From the human T2T-CHM13v2.0 reference genome, Homo sapiens: 64,000 nucleotides of DNA. The translations under genes and the position numbers were made by a program. Below, piece by piece: positions 63,385-64,000 of the stretch. The notes under the pieces are model-generated. The model worked only from the letters and a program-made list of their open reading frames with translations. It made no database searches and was not told the origin of the DNA. Location of the stretch: the NCBI RefSeq assembly GCF_009914755.1, contig NC_060932.1. One strand, 5' to 3'. Each line of letters begins with the position of its first letter. The first letter of the stretch is position 1.

Positions 63385-63933
63385 TGTGATGGTTAATATT
63401 GAGTGCTGACTTGATTGGACTGAGGGATACAAAGTATTGTTCCTGGTGTGTCTGTGAGGGTGTTACCAAAGGAGATTAATGTTTGAGTCAGTGGACAGGG
63501 GGAGGCAGACCCACCCTCAATCCAGGTGGGCACTATCTAAGCAGCTGCCAGCATGGTTAGGATAAAAGCAGGCAGAAGAACATGGAAGGACTAGACTGGC
63601 TGAGTCTTCTGGCCTTTATCTTTCTCCCACGCTGGATGCTTCCTGCCCTCAAATATCAGACTTCAAGTTCTTCAGCTTTTGGATCCTCGGACTTACACCA
63701 GTGGTTTGCCAGGGCCTCTTCGGCCTTCGGCCACAGACTGAAGGCTGCACCATTGCCTTCTCTACTTTTGAAGTTTTGGGACTCGAACTGGCTTCCTTGC
63801 TCATCAGCTTGCAGATGGCCTATTGTGGGACTTCACCTTGTGATCGTATGAGTCAATATTTCTTAATAAACTCCCTTTCATATGTACATCTATCCTATCA
63901 GTCCTGTCCCTCTAGAGAACCCTGACTACTACA
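63385..63933 (+). mobile_element. Solo MLT2A-type (HERV-L) LTR
   Basis: TGTGATGGTTAATATTGAGTG start; CCCTCTAGAGAACCCTGACTA.TACA end; AATAAA at ~63865; flanks CTGAG / ACGAG. Confidence 0.92.
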
Positions 63934-64000
63934 ACGAGGGATGAATTAGTGCAACCCTTCAACCTCCAAGGGACAAATCCTCGTCAAACTCCCAATGAGC

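Overview
Primate (human-like) genomic DNA, non-coding and dominated by interspersed repeats: Alu S/Y, L1PA/L1MA/L1M, HAL1, MaLR/ERV LTRs, L2, MIR and MER DNA transposons. I cannot support any host protein-coding exon, RNA gene or CRISPR array. The only ORFs resembling real proteins are broken L1 ORF1/ORF2 fragments; the rest are chance, Alu-derived or low-complexity frames. The first ~16 kb is one nested stack of LINEs inside a single HAL1 copy. It includes a 5'-inverted (twin-primed) L1, an internally deleted L1 and a full-length L1PA16-like element with further insertions. There are also two complete two-LTR MaLR elements, a near full-length L1PA (55.4-60.9 kb, minus strand), and a non-repeat segment at 45.1-46.1 kb with an 87-bp-period duplication next to CpG clusters, which is the best candidate regulatory element. 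Subfamily names come from recalled consensus features and need RepeatMasker/Dfam confirmation; boundaries of old repeats are approximate. I did not find convincing evidence of a new biological system; the findings are mostly insertion-mechanism fossils and candidate cis-elements.
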